In this document: in pieces, positions 44,291 through 54,392 of the stretch
How the letters are laid out: each line of letters starts with the position of its first letter
Numbering within the stretch: the stretch's first letter is position 1
Origin: an uncultured bacterium
Lineage (GTDB): Bacteria > Oederibacteriota > Oederibacteriia > Oederibacteriales > Oederibacteriaceae
Assembly (NCBI GenBank): GCA_965112635.1
Contig: OZ218778.1
Span: 512,001 to 576,000 of the forward strand
Reading direction: 5' to 3'
Length of the DNA stretch: 64,000 bases
Program-made: the position numbers and the translations under genes
Notes under the pieces: generated by a model
What the model was told of the DNA's origin: nothing
Seen by the model: only the letters and a program-made list of their open reading frames with translations
Database searches by the model: none

Positions 44291-45877
44291 TCAATCCTGG
44301 TCGATCAAAGCCTTGATGGATAATTCTTCCTCGTTTGGAGAAAAACCCTGCAGGTGCCTAGCCAGATGCCTGGCCAGGCTTTCGTAATGGGCCGTTTCAT
44401 TGGTTTTGAGCACCGTGAATATCTCGTCTTTATATAGGTTTTTTCCGGCCTCGTCCTTGCCCGACAGGATGGACCCGAAGGTCACGTGCAGCATCTGCCG
44501 GGTGTCGAACTGGTCCAGGCAGGCGGGCAATTCGGCCTCGGCGACATGCTCCGGCACAGGCACTTTGGTCATGTCCGCGGAAACATGGTAGGAGGCCTTA
44601 TCGGTCTCGTAGTGGCTCTGGCCAAAAGTATAGATATGCCTGAAAAGTTCCGGGCTGGTCCCCGCGATGACCCGCAGGGCCTCCAGCCAACTGGTGCCGG
44701 CGGTTTTAAGATGCACGGCCCCTTGGGAGATCTTGGCGCATTTGGGGTACAGGCTGAATTTGTCCGACCCGGAGTGCAGGCTCAGCTTGTAGTCGCCCAT
44801 AAGCTTGGCCACTCCGGCGTGCGCCATATAGGAGGCCTCGAACTGCCTCATGTTTCCGATGTAATCCACGCCTTTCTCGAAGCTCCCCACGAACCTCGGC
44901 GCCAGGCTGACCCATTTGACGCCCAGCCGGTCCAGTTCCCTGGCCACGAAATAATGTTCCTGCGGGGTGGTGGGCGTTTCGGTCTCGTCCACGGACATCT
45001 CCATTTCGAAATTGCCCTCGCCTTTGACGCTCAGGAGGTGCTGGTACATCTTGACGGTGTGAGCGATGGCCTTGCCGTACTTGACGCCGGCCTTGGCGAC
45101 CTCTTCGTCGGTAAAGGTGAGGTAGCCGGACGGGGTCTTGAACTTTTTCTTACCGTAGTTCAGTTTCCACTCGGCGATCGTGGTCCCCAGCTCCTGCCAG
45201 GGAAGGTTGGCGAGTTTTTTCTCCAGCTTGTTGGAGGTGTCGGTGTCCGCCTCGTTGTCCACGTGGGCTCCCGGGTCGATGGTGAACATGGTGAACCCGG
45301 CCTTGGCGCACGCGTCGATGTCCTCGGGGGTCTTCAGATGGTCCGCGTCAGAGCCGTAACCCGTGGTCCAGCCGTACTCAAAAACTCCCCACATGGCGTC
45401 GTCGATGACGTTTTCCGGGGTCCTGCCGGTCCTGCCCATCTCGCGCATGGACTGCTGGGCCAGGACGGGAAAGAACGCGGTGCCCTCGACGGCCTTGAGG
45501 TGTCCTGGTGTGGCCAGGCCCAGCCTGTCCCCGCATCCCACGGACATCCTGCGTCCGACCAGGCACGGGTTGAGGTAGTTTAAGCGCTGTCTTAAAACCG
45601 CGGCATTCTCGTGGGTCAGGGGGAATCTTTTGAGGGTTATATTCTCAACGCTCGCGCTGGGTCCGGCTTCGCCCGTAAAACTTTGGAACGCCTGCTCCTG
45701 GCTGCTCCCCACGACGAGGAACTTTTCCAGTTCCTTCTTGCCCAGGGCATAGAGACTGCCGCCTAAAGCCACGCAGGAGCCCGGATAAACTTCCGCTTCC
45801 AAAGCTTTTTGCAGGATCTCCGCGGCTTGCGGGGCCTTGGTCAACTCAGCTGCGTTACAAAGTTCATTTAAACCCAT
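44291..45877 (-). CDS. uxaE: Tagaturonate/fructuronate epimerase
   Basis: GDRLGLATPGH, AQQSMREM, DADHLK, EMSVDET, LAPRFVGSFEKGVDY, HSGSDKF and HLKTAGTSWLEA. Confidence 0.93.
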   Translation of the reverse strand: MGLNELCNAAELTKAPQAAEILQKALEAEVYPGSCVALGGSLYALGKKELEKFLVVGSSQEQAFQSFTGEAGPSASVENITLKRFPLTHENAAVLRQRLNYLNPCLVGRRMSVGCGDRLGLATPGHLKAVEGTAFFPVLAQQSMREMGRTGRTPENVIDDAMWGVFEYGWTTGYGSDADHLKTPEDIDACAKAGFTMFTIDPGAHVDNEADTDTSNKLEKKLANLPWQELGTTIAEWKLNYGKKKFKTPSGYLTFTDEEVAKAGVKYGKAIAHTVKMYQHLLSVKGEGNFEMEMSVDETETPTTPQEHYFVARELDRLGVKWVSLAPRFVGSFEKGVDYIGNMRQFEASYMAHAGVAKLMGDYKLSLHSGSDKFSLYPKCAKISQGAVHLKTAGTSWLEALRVIAGTSPELFRHIYTFGQSHYETDKASYHVSADMTKVPVPEHVAEAELPACLDQFDTRQMLHVTFGSILSGKDEAGKNLYKDEIFTVLKTNETAHYESLARHLARHLQGFSPNEEELSIKALIDQD

Positions 45878-46024
45878 GTTGTCCCTTTCTATAATTGATT
45901 TAAGGTCATGCCTTCCCCAGCCTGGTACAAAAAAAGCGTTTGGGGTTCAGGGCTACCATATTACCACAACATCAGTCCGGTACTGCAGAAAGGAATGGGT
46001 GCTTTGGCTGGAAAAAAACGGTCT

Positions 46025-47545
46025 TTAGGTGGTTTCCAGGACATGCCCTTTGTCCGACAGGACCACGATATCTTCCCAGTGAAGGGTCGGGTCGGCCACG
46101 ACCTCTATCCTGGCGCCGGTCTCCCTTTCCAGTTCCCCGATATGGCCCTGGGCTTCCTGGTTCACCGTTTTGGCGATCTCAGGGTGGACTTTTACCGTGA
46201 TCTTATTCTCCTTGTGCAGCCTGCAAAATTTAGTCATCAGCCGCTGGACCTTGAGGCTCAGGGTGGTGCTGGACAGGAGCTTGCCTTTGCCGTCGCAATA
46301 GGAGCAGTTCTCGTACATGTTTTGGAACAGGTTGGGCCTGACCCTTTTGCGGGTCATCTGCACCAATCCCAGGTCCGAGATCTCCAAAAGGTTGATGCGC
46401 GCCTTGTCGCTCTGCACGGCATCCGACAGGGCCTTCATCACCTTGTCCCGGTTCTCTGCCTTTTCCATGTCAATGAAATCAATCACGATGATGCCGCCCA
46501 GGTCCCGCAGCCTCAGCTGCCGGGGTATCTCTTCGGCGGCCTCCAGGTTGGTCTTGAGCACGGTCTCTTCTAAACTCTTCTTGCCGGTATATTTGCCGGT
46601 ATTGACGTCGATAACCTCCAAAGCTTCGGTATGATCAAAGATGAGGTAGCCGCCGCTTTTGAGCCAGACCTTGCGCCGCAGCGCCTTTTCGATCTCGCTC
46701 TCCAGGTTGTAGGCGTCAAAAATGGGCTCGCTGTCGTGGTAGTACTTGAGCAGCGACCTGACCTTGGGCGATATCTTCTCGGCCAGGGACACGATCTCCA
46801 GGTAGGCTTGGTAGTCGTCCACCAGGACCTCTTTGATCTGGTCGGTCAGGATGTCGCGCACCACCCGCAGGGGCAGGGACTGTTCGCCGTAGATGAAACT
46901 GGGGGCCTGTTTTTCCTTGGACTGGGCCAGCACGCTCTCCCACTTGGCGGAAAGCTCCTGGGCCTCGGCCTGCAGCTCTTCCTCGCTGGCGCCCTGGCTG
47001 GCCGTGCGGATAATGATCCCGCACTTTTCCGGCTTGATCTTCCACCCGATCTGTTTCAGGCGCTGGCGCTCGGCCTGGTCCGTGATGCGCCGGGAAATGC
47101 CCACGTGGTTGACCCCGGGCAGCAGCACCATGAACCTGCCCGGCAGGGAAACGTAACAGGTCACGCAGGGGCCTTTGGTGCCGATGGCCTCTTTGAACAC
47201 CTGGACCAGGATCTCCTCGCCTTTCCTCAGTAGCTCCGAAACTTTGGCCCTCTTGCGCCGCCTTTTGGGCCTTTGTTCCTCTTCCATTTCTTTTTCCCAG
47301 CGCGGGGAAATGCCTTCGGCCTGCAGGATCTCATCCTCGAACAGGAACCCGTGCTTGCCGATGCCCAGGTCCACGAACGCCGCCTGCATGCCGGGCAGGA
47401 TGCCTGACACCTTGGCCTTAAAAATGCCTCCCACGAGCGGTTTGTCCGTGGTCCGCTCCTGGATGAACTCCACCAGCTTGCCCTTCTCCAGCACAGCCAC
47501 CCGGGTTTCGCCGGGATGAACATTGATCATGATCTCTTTGGCCAC
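46025..47545 (-). CDS. rng: Ribonuclease E/G family
   Basis: PGMQAAFVD, LPGRFMVL, IDVNTG, LRLRDLGGIIVIDFID and a CxxC zinc link. Confidence 0.95.
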   Translation of the reverse strand: MAKEIMINVHPGETRVAVLEKGKLVEFIQERTTDKPLVGGIFKAKVSGILPGMQAAFVDLGIGKHGFLFEDEILQAEGISPRWEKEMEEEQRPKRRRKRAKVSELLRKGEEILVQVFKEAIGTKGPCVTCYVSLPGRFMVLLPGVNHVGISRRITDQAERQRLKQIGWKIKPEKCGIIIRTASQGASEEELQAEAQELSAKWESVLAQSKEKQAPSFIYGEQSLPLRVVRDILTDQIKEVLVDDYQAYLEIVSLAEKISPKVRSLLKYYHDSEPIFDAYNLESEIEKALRRKVWLKSGGYLIFDHTEALEVIDVNTGKYTGKKSLEETVLKTNLEAAEEIPRQLRLRDLGGIIVIDFIDMEKAENRDKVMKALSDAVQSDKARINLLEISDLGLVQMTRKRVRPNLFQNMYENCSYCDGKGKLLSSTTLSLKVQRLMTKFCRLHKENKITVKVHPEIAKTVNQEAQGHIGELERETGARIEVVADPTLHWEDIVVLSDKGHVLETT

Positions 47546-47563
47546 ATTTTCTCCTTTAAATGA

Positions 47564-48304
47564 CTACTTTTTTGAATACTTTCTGATAAAAGCCAGGATC
47601 CTCCGGTTCAGCTCCTCGTGGTCCCTGTCCATGGTCAGTATATGGAACGAATGGTCCAGCCAGACGAGCTCCTTTTGCTTGGAACCCACGGACCTGTAAA
47701 TGATCGGGCCGTTCTCAGGCGGCACCGTGTGGTCCAGATGCGACTGCATGATGAGGATAGGCATCCGTATCTGGGCCAGGTCCTCTCTCACGTGATGGAT
47801 GAGGGTCTTGAGGTTGGTCACCCCGGCCGTGGGGGTCTTGTCGTAACACACGGTCTTGACCTTGTCCTGGATATCCGAACCCAGCTCATGGGTCCATTTC
47901 TGGATATGCTCCCAAAAGGGCAGCAGCCTGAGCCTGGGGTCGGTCAAATACACAGGCGCCGCCATGGATATCACCCCTCGGACAGGCGCGTGCGTAGCCA
48001 GGTGCAAAGCCAACGACCCTCCCATGGAAAGCCCGGCCACAAAAACTGTACTGCAGCTCTTGGCCAGTTCCTGATAGGCCTTGTCCACGCAGGCCACCCA
48101 CTCGTGCCATCTGGTCTTGGCCAGGTTTTCGGGCTTGGTCCCGTGCCCGGGCAGCAGCGGCCCCAGGACCGTGATGCCGGCGTCAGCCAAAAACTTTCCC
48201 AGCGGCTTCATCTCAAAGGGCGTACCTGTGAATCCATGGATGAGCAGACAGCCCACCTTGCCTTTTTTGTAAAAAAACCGGTTTGCACCCACCATCAACT
48301 GCAT
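47564..48304 (-). CDS. Alpha/beta hydrolase (carboxylesterase / monoacylglycerol lipase family)
   Basis: GCLLIHGFTGTP, LPGHGT, GLSMGG nucleophile elbow, DHTV and SFH triad residues. Confidence 0.9.
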   Translation of the reverse strand: MQLMVGANRFFYKKGKVGCLLIHGFTGTPFEMKPLGKFLADAGITVLGPLLPGHGTKPENLAKTRWHEWVACVDKAYQELAKSCSTVFVAGLSMGGSLALHLATHAPVRGVISMAAPVYLTDPRLRLLPFWEHIQKWTHELGSDIQDKVKTVCYDKTPTAGVTNLKTLIHHVREDLAQIRMPILIMQSHLDHTVPPENGPIIYRSVGSKQKELVWLDHSFHILTMDRDHEELNRRILAFIRKYSKK

Positions 48305-48329
48305 GATTTTCTCCTGAATGGAAATATTA

Positions 48330-49829
48330 TCACCTTGAAGTTTTTAATAACACCCTTTTTACGGCCTGCTTCCAACCCTCATAAAGCCGGTCCGCCTGGG
48401 CCTTAGGCATCTTAGGCCAAAAGGTCTTATCTTTTTTCCGGGTTTTAGCCAGGCTCTTCTTATCCTTCCAAAAACCAGAGGCCAGTCCGGCCAGAAAGGC
48501 CGCGCCGAGCGCCGTGGTCTCGATGACTTTGGGCCTGACGACCGGGATACCGAGGAGGTCAGCCTGGAACTGCATCAAAAAATCGTTCCTGACCGCTCCG
48601 CCGTCCACCTGCAGCTGCTTGATCCTGATACCCATGTCCCTTTGCATGACCTCGACCACTTCCCGGGTCTGGTAAGCGATGGCTTCCAAAGTGGCCCTGG
48701 CCACATGGGCGCGGGTCGCTCCCCGGGTCAGCCCCACCAGCGCTCCCCGGGCATTCATGTCCCAGTAAGGCGCTCCCAGTCCCACAAAAGCCGGCACCAG
48801 ATAAACGCCGTTGTTGTCCGGAATGGACTTGGCTAAGCCCTCGGTCTCCGCGGCGGTTTGGATGAGATGCAGGGAATCCCGGAGCCACTGCACGCCTGCT
48901 CCGGCGATGAACACGCTGCCCTCCAGGGCATACGCCAGCTTGGAGGAATCATCAGCCGCCAATGTGGTCAAAAGCCCGTGCCGGGACGCGTAAGCCTTGT
49001 TCCCCGTGTTTAATAATAGGAAACAGCCTGTGCCATAGGTGTTTTTGAGCTCTCCCGGTTCAAAACAGGCCTGACCGAACAAAGCCGCCTGTTGGTCACC
49101 GACCACTCCGCACAATGGAATAGGATGGCCGAACACTGCCGGAGAAGTAAATCCATACAGATAAGAAGAAGGACGCACAGTAGGCAGGAGCGACACCGGT
49201 ATGCTGAGTTTTTTGAGGATGTCTTTGTCCCATTCCCCTTTGTGTATATTGAACAACAGGGTACGGGAAGCATTGGTATGGTCCGTGGCATGGATCTTAC
49301 CTCCGGACAGGTTCCACAAAAGCCAGGTATCGATCGTCCCAAAAGCCAGCTCGCCTTTAAGCGCTCGTTTCCTGGCTCCCGGGACATGGTCCAGGATCCA
49401 GGCGGCCTTGGTGCCGGAAAAATACGCGTCCAAAACCAGGCCGGTCCTCTGCCGGAAAAAAGGGGCCAGCCCCTTTTTCTTTAAAGCCTCGCACATCGGG
49501 GCGGTCCGGCGGCACTGCCACACGATGGCCCGGCTGACCGGCTTGCCGGTCTTTCTGTCCCAGAGCAAACAGGTCTCCCGCTGGTTAGTGATGCCGATGG
49601 CCTTGACCTGGTCCGGCCCGACCTTGGTTTTTTTGAGGACCTGGGCCAGGACCGTCTTGACCGACCGCCATATTTCCATGGCATCGTGCTCCACCCAGCC
49701 CGGCTGGGGGTAGTACTGGGTGAATTCCTGGCTGACCTGGCCTTTGACCCTGGCCCGGCTGTCAAAAAACACTGCCCTGCTGCTGGTCGTCCCCTGGTCA
49801 ATGGCTAGGATGTAACCTTTGTTGTCCAA
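48330..49829 (-). CDS. glpK: Glycerol kinase
   Basis: [38 protein letters not shown] and KNTYGTGCF. Confidence 0.97.
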   Translation of the reverse strand: MDNKGYILAIDQGTTSSRAVFFDSRARVKGQVSQEFTQYYPQPGWVEHDAMEIWRSVKTVLAQVLKKTKVGPDQVKAIGITNQRETCLLWDRKTGKPVSRAIVWQCRRTAPMCEALKKKGLAPFFRQRTGLVLDAYFSGTKAAWILDHVPGARKRALKGELAFGTIDTWLLWNLSGGKIHATDHTNASRTLLFNIHKGEWDKDILKKLSIPVSLLPTVRPSSYLYGFTSPAVFGHPIPLCGVVGDQQAALFGQACFEPGELKNTYGTGCFLLLNTGNKAYASRHGLLTTLAADDSSKLAYALEGSVFIAGAGVQWLRDSLHLIQTAAETEGLAKSIPDNNGVYLVPAFVGLGAPYWDMNARGALVGLTRGATRAHVARATLEAIAYQTREVVEVMQRDMGIRIKQLQVDGGAVRNDFLMQFQADLLGIPVVRPKVIETTALGAAFLAGLASGFWKDKKSLAKTRKKDKTFWPKMPKAQADRLYEGWKQAVKRVLLKTSR

Positions 49830-49908
49830 ATGGATTCAAGACCTCCGTTTTTAAATTATACAACTTTGTTTTTAAATCCTCCCCCTACAAAGGAGGGTAA
49901 ATACTTAA

Positions 49909-50658
49909 TTAAAAAAGCAGGAGTTTAAGCGAAGCCACAAGGGTCAGCCCCAGCGCCAGGTTCTCGAACACCCGCTGGTTCAGCATTTTGAGGATATAAC
50001 GGCCCAGCAGGGCTCCGGTCACACCCCAGGGCACAAGCCACAGGTCCACCTTGAGCGAGTCGAACTGGATGAGCCCGAGGCCCACGCTAAAAGGCATCTT
50101 GAAAAGGTTCATGATGAAAAAATAGATCGCGCTGGTGCCCATGAACTCCATCTTGGGCAGCCCGGCCGCCAGAAGATACAGGATCATGATGGGACCGGCG
50201 GCGTTGGACACCATGGTCGTGAACCCGGCCAGGAGTCCCATCACCCCGACCCAGAGCAACCCCTGCGGCGGCCGGACCGCTTTATCGGTCTTGGGGCCGC
50301 TCCGGTCCCGGTAAAACTGCAGGCAGACCATGGCCAGCAGGATGGCGCCGATGAGCCGCCGTATCTCCTGCTCGTTGCCTTTGCCCAGGACCAGGCACCC
50401 CAGGACCACCCCGGCCACGGTCCAGGGAAAAAGCCTCCACAGGTGGGACCAGACCGCCAGACGCCGGAAGGACAGGACAGCCACTACATCCGCGCAGATG
50501 AGCACGACCAGCACCACGCCCACGGACGCTTTGCTGGGCAGGACCGTGGCAAAAACAGCCACACCCAGGGCGCTGATGCCGGCGATACCGGTCTTGGACA
50601 TCCCCATCATAAAAGCCGCCGCGCAGGCCGCTACCCACTGCCACGGGCTCAACGACAT
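49909..50658 (-). CDS. Sulfite exporter TauE/SafE family membrane protein
   Basis: GMSKTGIAG and GFTTMVSNAAGP with about eight TM helices. Confidence 0.88.
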   Translation of the reverse strand: MSLSPWQWVAACAAAFMMGMSKTGIAGISALGVAVFATVLPSKASVGVVLVVLICADVVAVLSFRRLAVWSHLWRLFPWTVAGVVLGCLVLGKGNEQEIRRLIGAILLAMVCLQFYRDRSGPKTDKAVRPPQGLLWVGVMGLLAGFTTMVSNAAGPIMILYLLAAGLPKMEFMGTSAIYFFIMNLFKMPFSVGLGLIQFDSLKVDLWLVPWGVTGALLGRYILKMLNQRVFENLALGLTLVASLKLLLF

Positions 50659-50740
50659 CTTAGGCCTCCTCGGGGTTTGGTTGCTTTTCGGGTGTCAGGT
50701 TCAATGGAAGATGGTCCCGGACCACGACAGGAAAGTACAA

Positions 50741-51295
50741 TTATTTCTGTCCGGCGGCTTTGTCAGAGATTACGGTTTTGGAAGGGATGGCCATGGTCTG
50801 CATTTCGGCCTCCAGGTGCTCCCGGTTGAGCTGGGGCTTTTCATAAGTGGGGTCTGCCTGGCAGCCTTTTTTATAGCAGGACATGGCCTTGGCAAAATCC
50901 TTCTGGTATTCGCAGGCCTGGCCCAGGTTGTTCCAGATGATGGAGCGGTATCTGGGCTTTTTGTTGGTCTTGTCAAAAGAAGCGGCCTTTTCCAGGTATT
51001 CCTTGGCCTTGTCCAGGTTGCGGCGGGTCAGGTAAAAATAACCGATGTTGTTCAGGGCAATGGCTTTGTCCGTGTCCTTGGTGGCCAGCTGCGACGCCTT
51101 GTTGAAATATTCCACCAGCCCCAGCTCATCGCCCCGGTCCATGGCCTCGTGGCCGGCAATGAAAAAATCCCTGGTGGTTTGGGGCGGTTTAGGTGCTTCC
51201 GTGGCCGTGGTCGTGACCTGGCCATAGAGGGCCCCCCAGCCGAGCAGGACCAGGCTCAAAGTCCCCCAAAACCTTTTCAAATATGCCTCCTTCAA
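50741..51295 (-). CDS. Secreted TPR protein
   Basis: Signal peptide followed by ALNNIGYFY and IWNNLGQA TPR motifs. Confidence 0.8.
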   Translation of the reverse strand: MKEAYLKRFWGTLSLVLLGWGALYGQVTTTATEAPKPPQTTRDFFIAGHEAMDRGDELGLVEYFNKASQLATKDTDKAIALNNIGYFYLTRRNLDKAKEYLEKAASFDKTNKKPRYRSIIWNNLGQACEYQKDFAKAMSCYKKGCQADPTYEKPQLNREHLEAEMQTMAIPSKTVISDKAAGQK

Positions 51296-51348
51296 AGTTA
51301 TATCCCGGTATTTTAGCCCTAAATCCGGCTGTTAGCCAGCGGGCCGGC

Positions 51349-53025
51349 TCAAATTTCCCTATTCTTTAGTGCTCTGAGCCCTATCTGGTAAGGCAGCCAC
51401 AAGGTCAGGCTGTGCACGAGCAGGACGGCAAGGAGGGGTATCCACAGTTCCAGCAGGGGGTCGTAATGCAGGCCCACCACCATCTTCCTGAAATAGTGCC
51501 GGTAGACTGGAAAGGCCAGGATGGCCAGGACCACGGCGATATACAATACCGCGAACATCATGTAGACCAGTCCGCCCCAGCTAGTGACGATCTCTTCCGG
51601 GTTAGCCACCTCGAACCTGGCGAAATACGCGCCCAGTCCGGCGGCCAAAGAAGTGATGCCCAGGGTCAGCAGAACCGTGGTGGAAAGCGAGAGCACGGCC
51701 ATATACCGGTCCACCTTGAAGATGTAGATGGAAAAACCCATCAGGATCAGGGACAGGAAAACAAGCGTGGCGGCGCCAAAAAAATATTTTTCGCGCAGGA
51801 TGGTGCGGTTCAGCACCGGCCCGTTTTTGATGATCCAAAAGCTCTTGCCCTCCAGAGAGATGGCCGGGAACACGAACCGCGCGCCGATGGCGGCCACGAT
51901 GAACGCCCCGGCTCCGATGGTGATGAAGAACAGGGCGTTGACCAGGTCGGCCATGATGTTCATCGGCAGCTTGTAGAGATTGTACACATAGATGACCACC
52001 AGCGAGGACAACAGCAGGAGCTGGGACCATTGGGTGGTATCCCGCAGCAGTATCTTGAGGTCCTTGGTCAGGAGAGCGCCGAAGGCCGTGTCCATAGGCT
52101 TGAACTCCGGCCATCCCCTCAAAAATCTGGCCTTGCCCCGCTGGACCCCCAGGGACTCCTGGGCGTGGCACCACCCGCCGTAAAAAAAGTAGTAGGCCAT
52201 GGTCCAGCACAACCCCAGGCTGAGCAGACTGGAGGATAATAGGTAAAGGCCGTTCCGGAGCGTCCTTCCCAGGTCCTCGTTCAAAAGCCCGGTGACCGCT
52301 TCGGTCAGCCAGGCACTGGGCAGGTAAGGCGCCGTGGGCACCTGCATCTGGTCCAAAAATTCCATGTATTCCATGGCCTCGCTGGGGTTGATCATTTTTT
52401 CCGGCTCCAGGAAGCGGAAAAAGATGGCCAGGGCACAGACAAAGATGATCCCCAGGAGCAGGAAAAGGTCGCGCATCTTTTGCGCCGGGAAGAACCGCAT
52501 CAGCACCATGGTGAACATCACGCCGACCCCGGCGCTGAAAACCAGGAACAGGAAAACAAAGAACAGGGAACCCAGGTAAAACCCCATGTCCGCGTGATAC
52601 ACGGTCCCCAAGGCCATCAGGATGGGCACGCTCATGAGGAGGATCATCCAGGAACTGGCCACAAAGGTCCTGTAGAACCGCGACAAAAACAAGGACAGGT
52701 GCTGGATGGGGTAGGACCAGAGGAGCAGCAGGTCCTTGGACAAGTAAATGGTGGATAAGGAGGTGATGATATTGCTGAAAAGGAGCATAGCGAAAAACCC
52801 GAAGAACACCATGGACAGGAACCGGAAAACCAGCGTGGGGCCCAGCAGAGGGACCTTTAAAAAATAATGAAAAAGTTTCCAAAAACCTCCGAAAATAAAG
52901 CCTAAAAAGAACACGCCCAAAAACACCAGGGCGGCTATCTTGAGGATGTCCATCCAGCGGATGCGCTGGACCCAGTTATTAAAAGCCAGCCTTTGGACCG
53001 ATAAAAGAATACCGATCTCGTTCAA
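51349..53025 (-). CDS. ABC-2 type exporter permease
   Basis: About 12 TM helices; KDLKILLRD and RFVFPAISLEGKSFWI; adjacent to an ABC ATPase. Confidence 0.85.
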   Translation of the reverse strand: MNEIGILLSVQRLAFNNWVQRIRWMDILKIAALVFLGVFFLGFIFGGFWKLFHYFLKVPLLGPTLVFRFLSMVFFGFFAMLLFSNIITSLSTIYLSKDLLLLWSYPIQHLSLFLSRFYRTFVASSWMILLMSVPILMALGTVYHADMGFYLGSLFFVFLFLVFSAGVGVMFTMVLMRFFPAQKMRDLFLLLGIIFVCALAIFFRFLEPEKMINPSEAMEYMEFLDQMQVPTAPYLPSAWLTEAVTGLLNEDLGRTLRNGLYLLSSSLLSLGLCWTMAYYFFYGGWCHAQESLGVQRGKARFLRGWPEFKPMDTAFGALLTKDLKILLRDTTQWSQLLLLSSLVVIYVYNLYKLPMNIMADLVNALFFITIGAGAFIVAAIGARFVFPAISLEGKSFWIIKNGPVLNRTILREKYFFGAATLVFLSLILMGFSIYIFKVDRYMAVLSLSTTVLLTLGITSLAAGLGAYFARFEVANPEEIVTSWGGLVYMMFAVLYIAVVLAILAFPVYRHYFRKMVVGLHYDPLLELWIPLLAVLLVHSLTLWLPYQIGLRALKNREI

Positions 53026-53029
53026 AGGT

Positions 53030-53788
53030 TCAATCCCCCAATACCTTGACGAATTCCTTCATCACTTCCCCGCCGGTCAGCTCCAGGAAAAGGTCCTCCA
53101 AATTATCATGAACGGTCTTGGCCTTGGACCTCAGCTCATCTATGGTGCCCATGGCCAAGAGGCTCCCCTGATGGATAATGCCTATCTGGTCACAGACCTT
53201 TTCAGCTATTTCCAGCACATGGGTGGACATAAAAATGGCCGTCCCCCTTTTGGCCAGTTCGCGGAACATATTTTTGAGAAGCCTGGCGCTCTTGGGGTCC
53301 AGCCCCACCATGGGTTCATCCACAATGAGTATCTTGGGGTCGTGGATCAAAGCCGCGGCAATGACTATCTTTTGTTTCATCCCATGGGAATAGCTCTCAA
53401 TGAGCTCATCCTTCCAATTGGTCAGCTCAAAAAGCTCCAGAAATTCCCCTATCCTTTTATCCGTTAATTTGGGGTCCAGTTTGTATATCTGTCCCACAAA
53501 CCTCAGGAACTCATAACCGGTCAGCTTTTCATAGACGAACGGCTGGTCCACCACCAACCCGAACGTCTGCTTGGCCTTGATGGGGTCTTTTTGGATATCA
53601 ATGCCGTTAAGCTCCACTGTTCCTGCTGTGGGTTTTAACAGCCCTGACATTAATTTGATGGTCGTGGTCTTACCCGCGCCATTGGGCCCCAAAAACCCAA
53701 ACACCTGCCCGGCCTGGACCTCTAAGTTGAGCCTATCCACCGCCAGCACTTCGCCATAACGTTTAGTTAAATCCTTCAACTTGATCAT
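53030..53788 (-). CDS. ABC transporter ATP-binding protein
   Basis: GPNGAGKTT, YSHGMKQK, IVDEP and STH; start at ATG 53788 after GGAG. Confidence 0.95.
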   Translation of the reverse strand: MIKLKDLTKRYGEVLAVDRLNLEVQAGQVFGFLGPNGAGKTTTIKLMSGLLKPTAGTVELNGIDIQKDPIKAKQTFGLVVDQPFVYEKLTGYEFLRFVGQIYKLDPKLTDKRIGEFLELFELTNWKDELIESYSHGMKQKIVIAAALIHDPKILIVDEPMVGLDPKSARLLKNMFRELAKRGTAIFMSTHVLEIAEKVCDQIGIIHQGSLLAMGTIDELRSKAKTVHDNLEDLFLELTGGEVMKEFVKVLGD

Positions 53789-53801
53789 TCCGTCTCCTTT
53801 T

Positions 53802-54389
53802 TCATTTCGGCGCAGGACCGCATTTTGTGAAAAACATATCACTTCCATAATAACCAACAAATGCTCCTATAATTGCGCCATATACAAAACCTGTTAATCC
53901 AGAAAAATCATATTGGGATTTACCTGCACCTGCTATTATTGCCCCCCCTATCGCAAATACAATCGTTCCCATTGATGTCCCTAATATACGAATATTTAAA
54001 TTACTTATTCCACAATTATTCCAGTCTTGATAGGCTTCAAATTTCAATCTTTCCTCCTGAGTCCAGGGAATATCATCGCAATTGTTATTACTAAAAGGGA
54101 CCAATGACTCAGATTGGCTCTTGTAGATCGGCACCAACACATTAATTAGTGGAATTATTGGCCCAGTGCAGCATCCTGCCCAAGCTAAACCCTCCCAAAC
54201 ACTTCTATTAAACCTTAATCGATTCCTCTCACACTCAAAACGTGTCATACCGAATCTACTTTGTATCGAATTATCTGTTTCATCTTTTTTTTCATCTGCA
54301 AAAATAATATTATGAGACATAAAAATATTGAACAGAAACAAAAAAATTAATATAACAATCCATCGCCTTTTTCTATACAGATATTTCAT
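53802..54389 (-). CDS. Low-GC hypothetical exported/membrane protein
   Basis: Signal peptide, Cys-rich middle and Gly-rich C-terminal hydrophobic helices; AT-rich relative to flanks. Confidence 0.6.
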   Translation of the reverse strand: MKYLYRKRRWIVILIFLFLFNIFMSHNIIFADEKKDETDNSIQSRFGMTRFECERNRLRFNRSVWEGLAWAGCCTGPIIPLINVLVPIYKSQSESLVPFSNNNCDDIPWTQEERLKFEAYQDWNNCGISNLNIRILGTSMGTIVFAIGGAIIAGAGKSQYDFSGLTGFVYGAIIGAFVGYYGSDMFFTKCGPAPK

Positions 54390-54392
54390 TTA

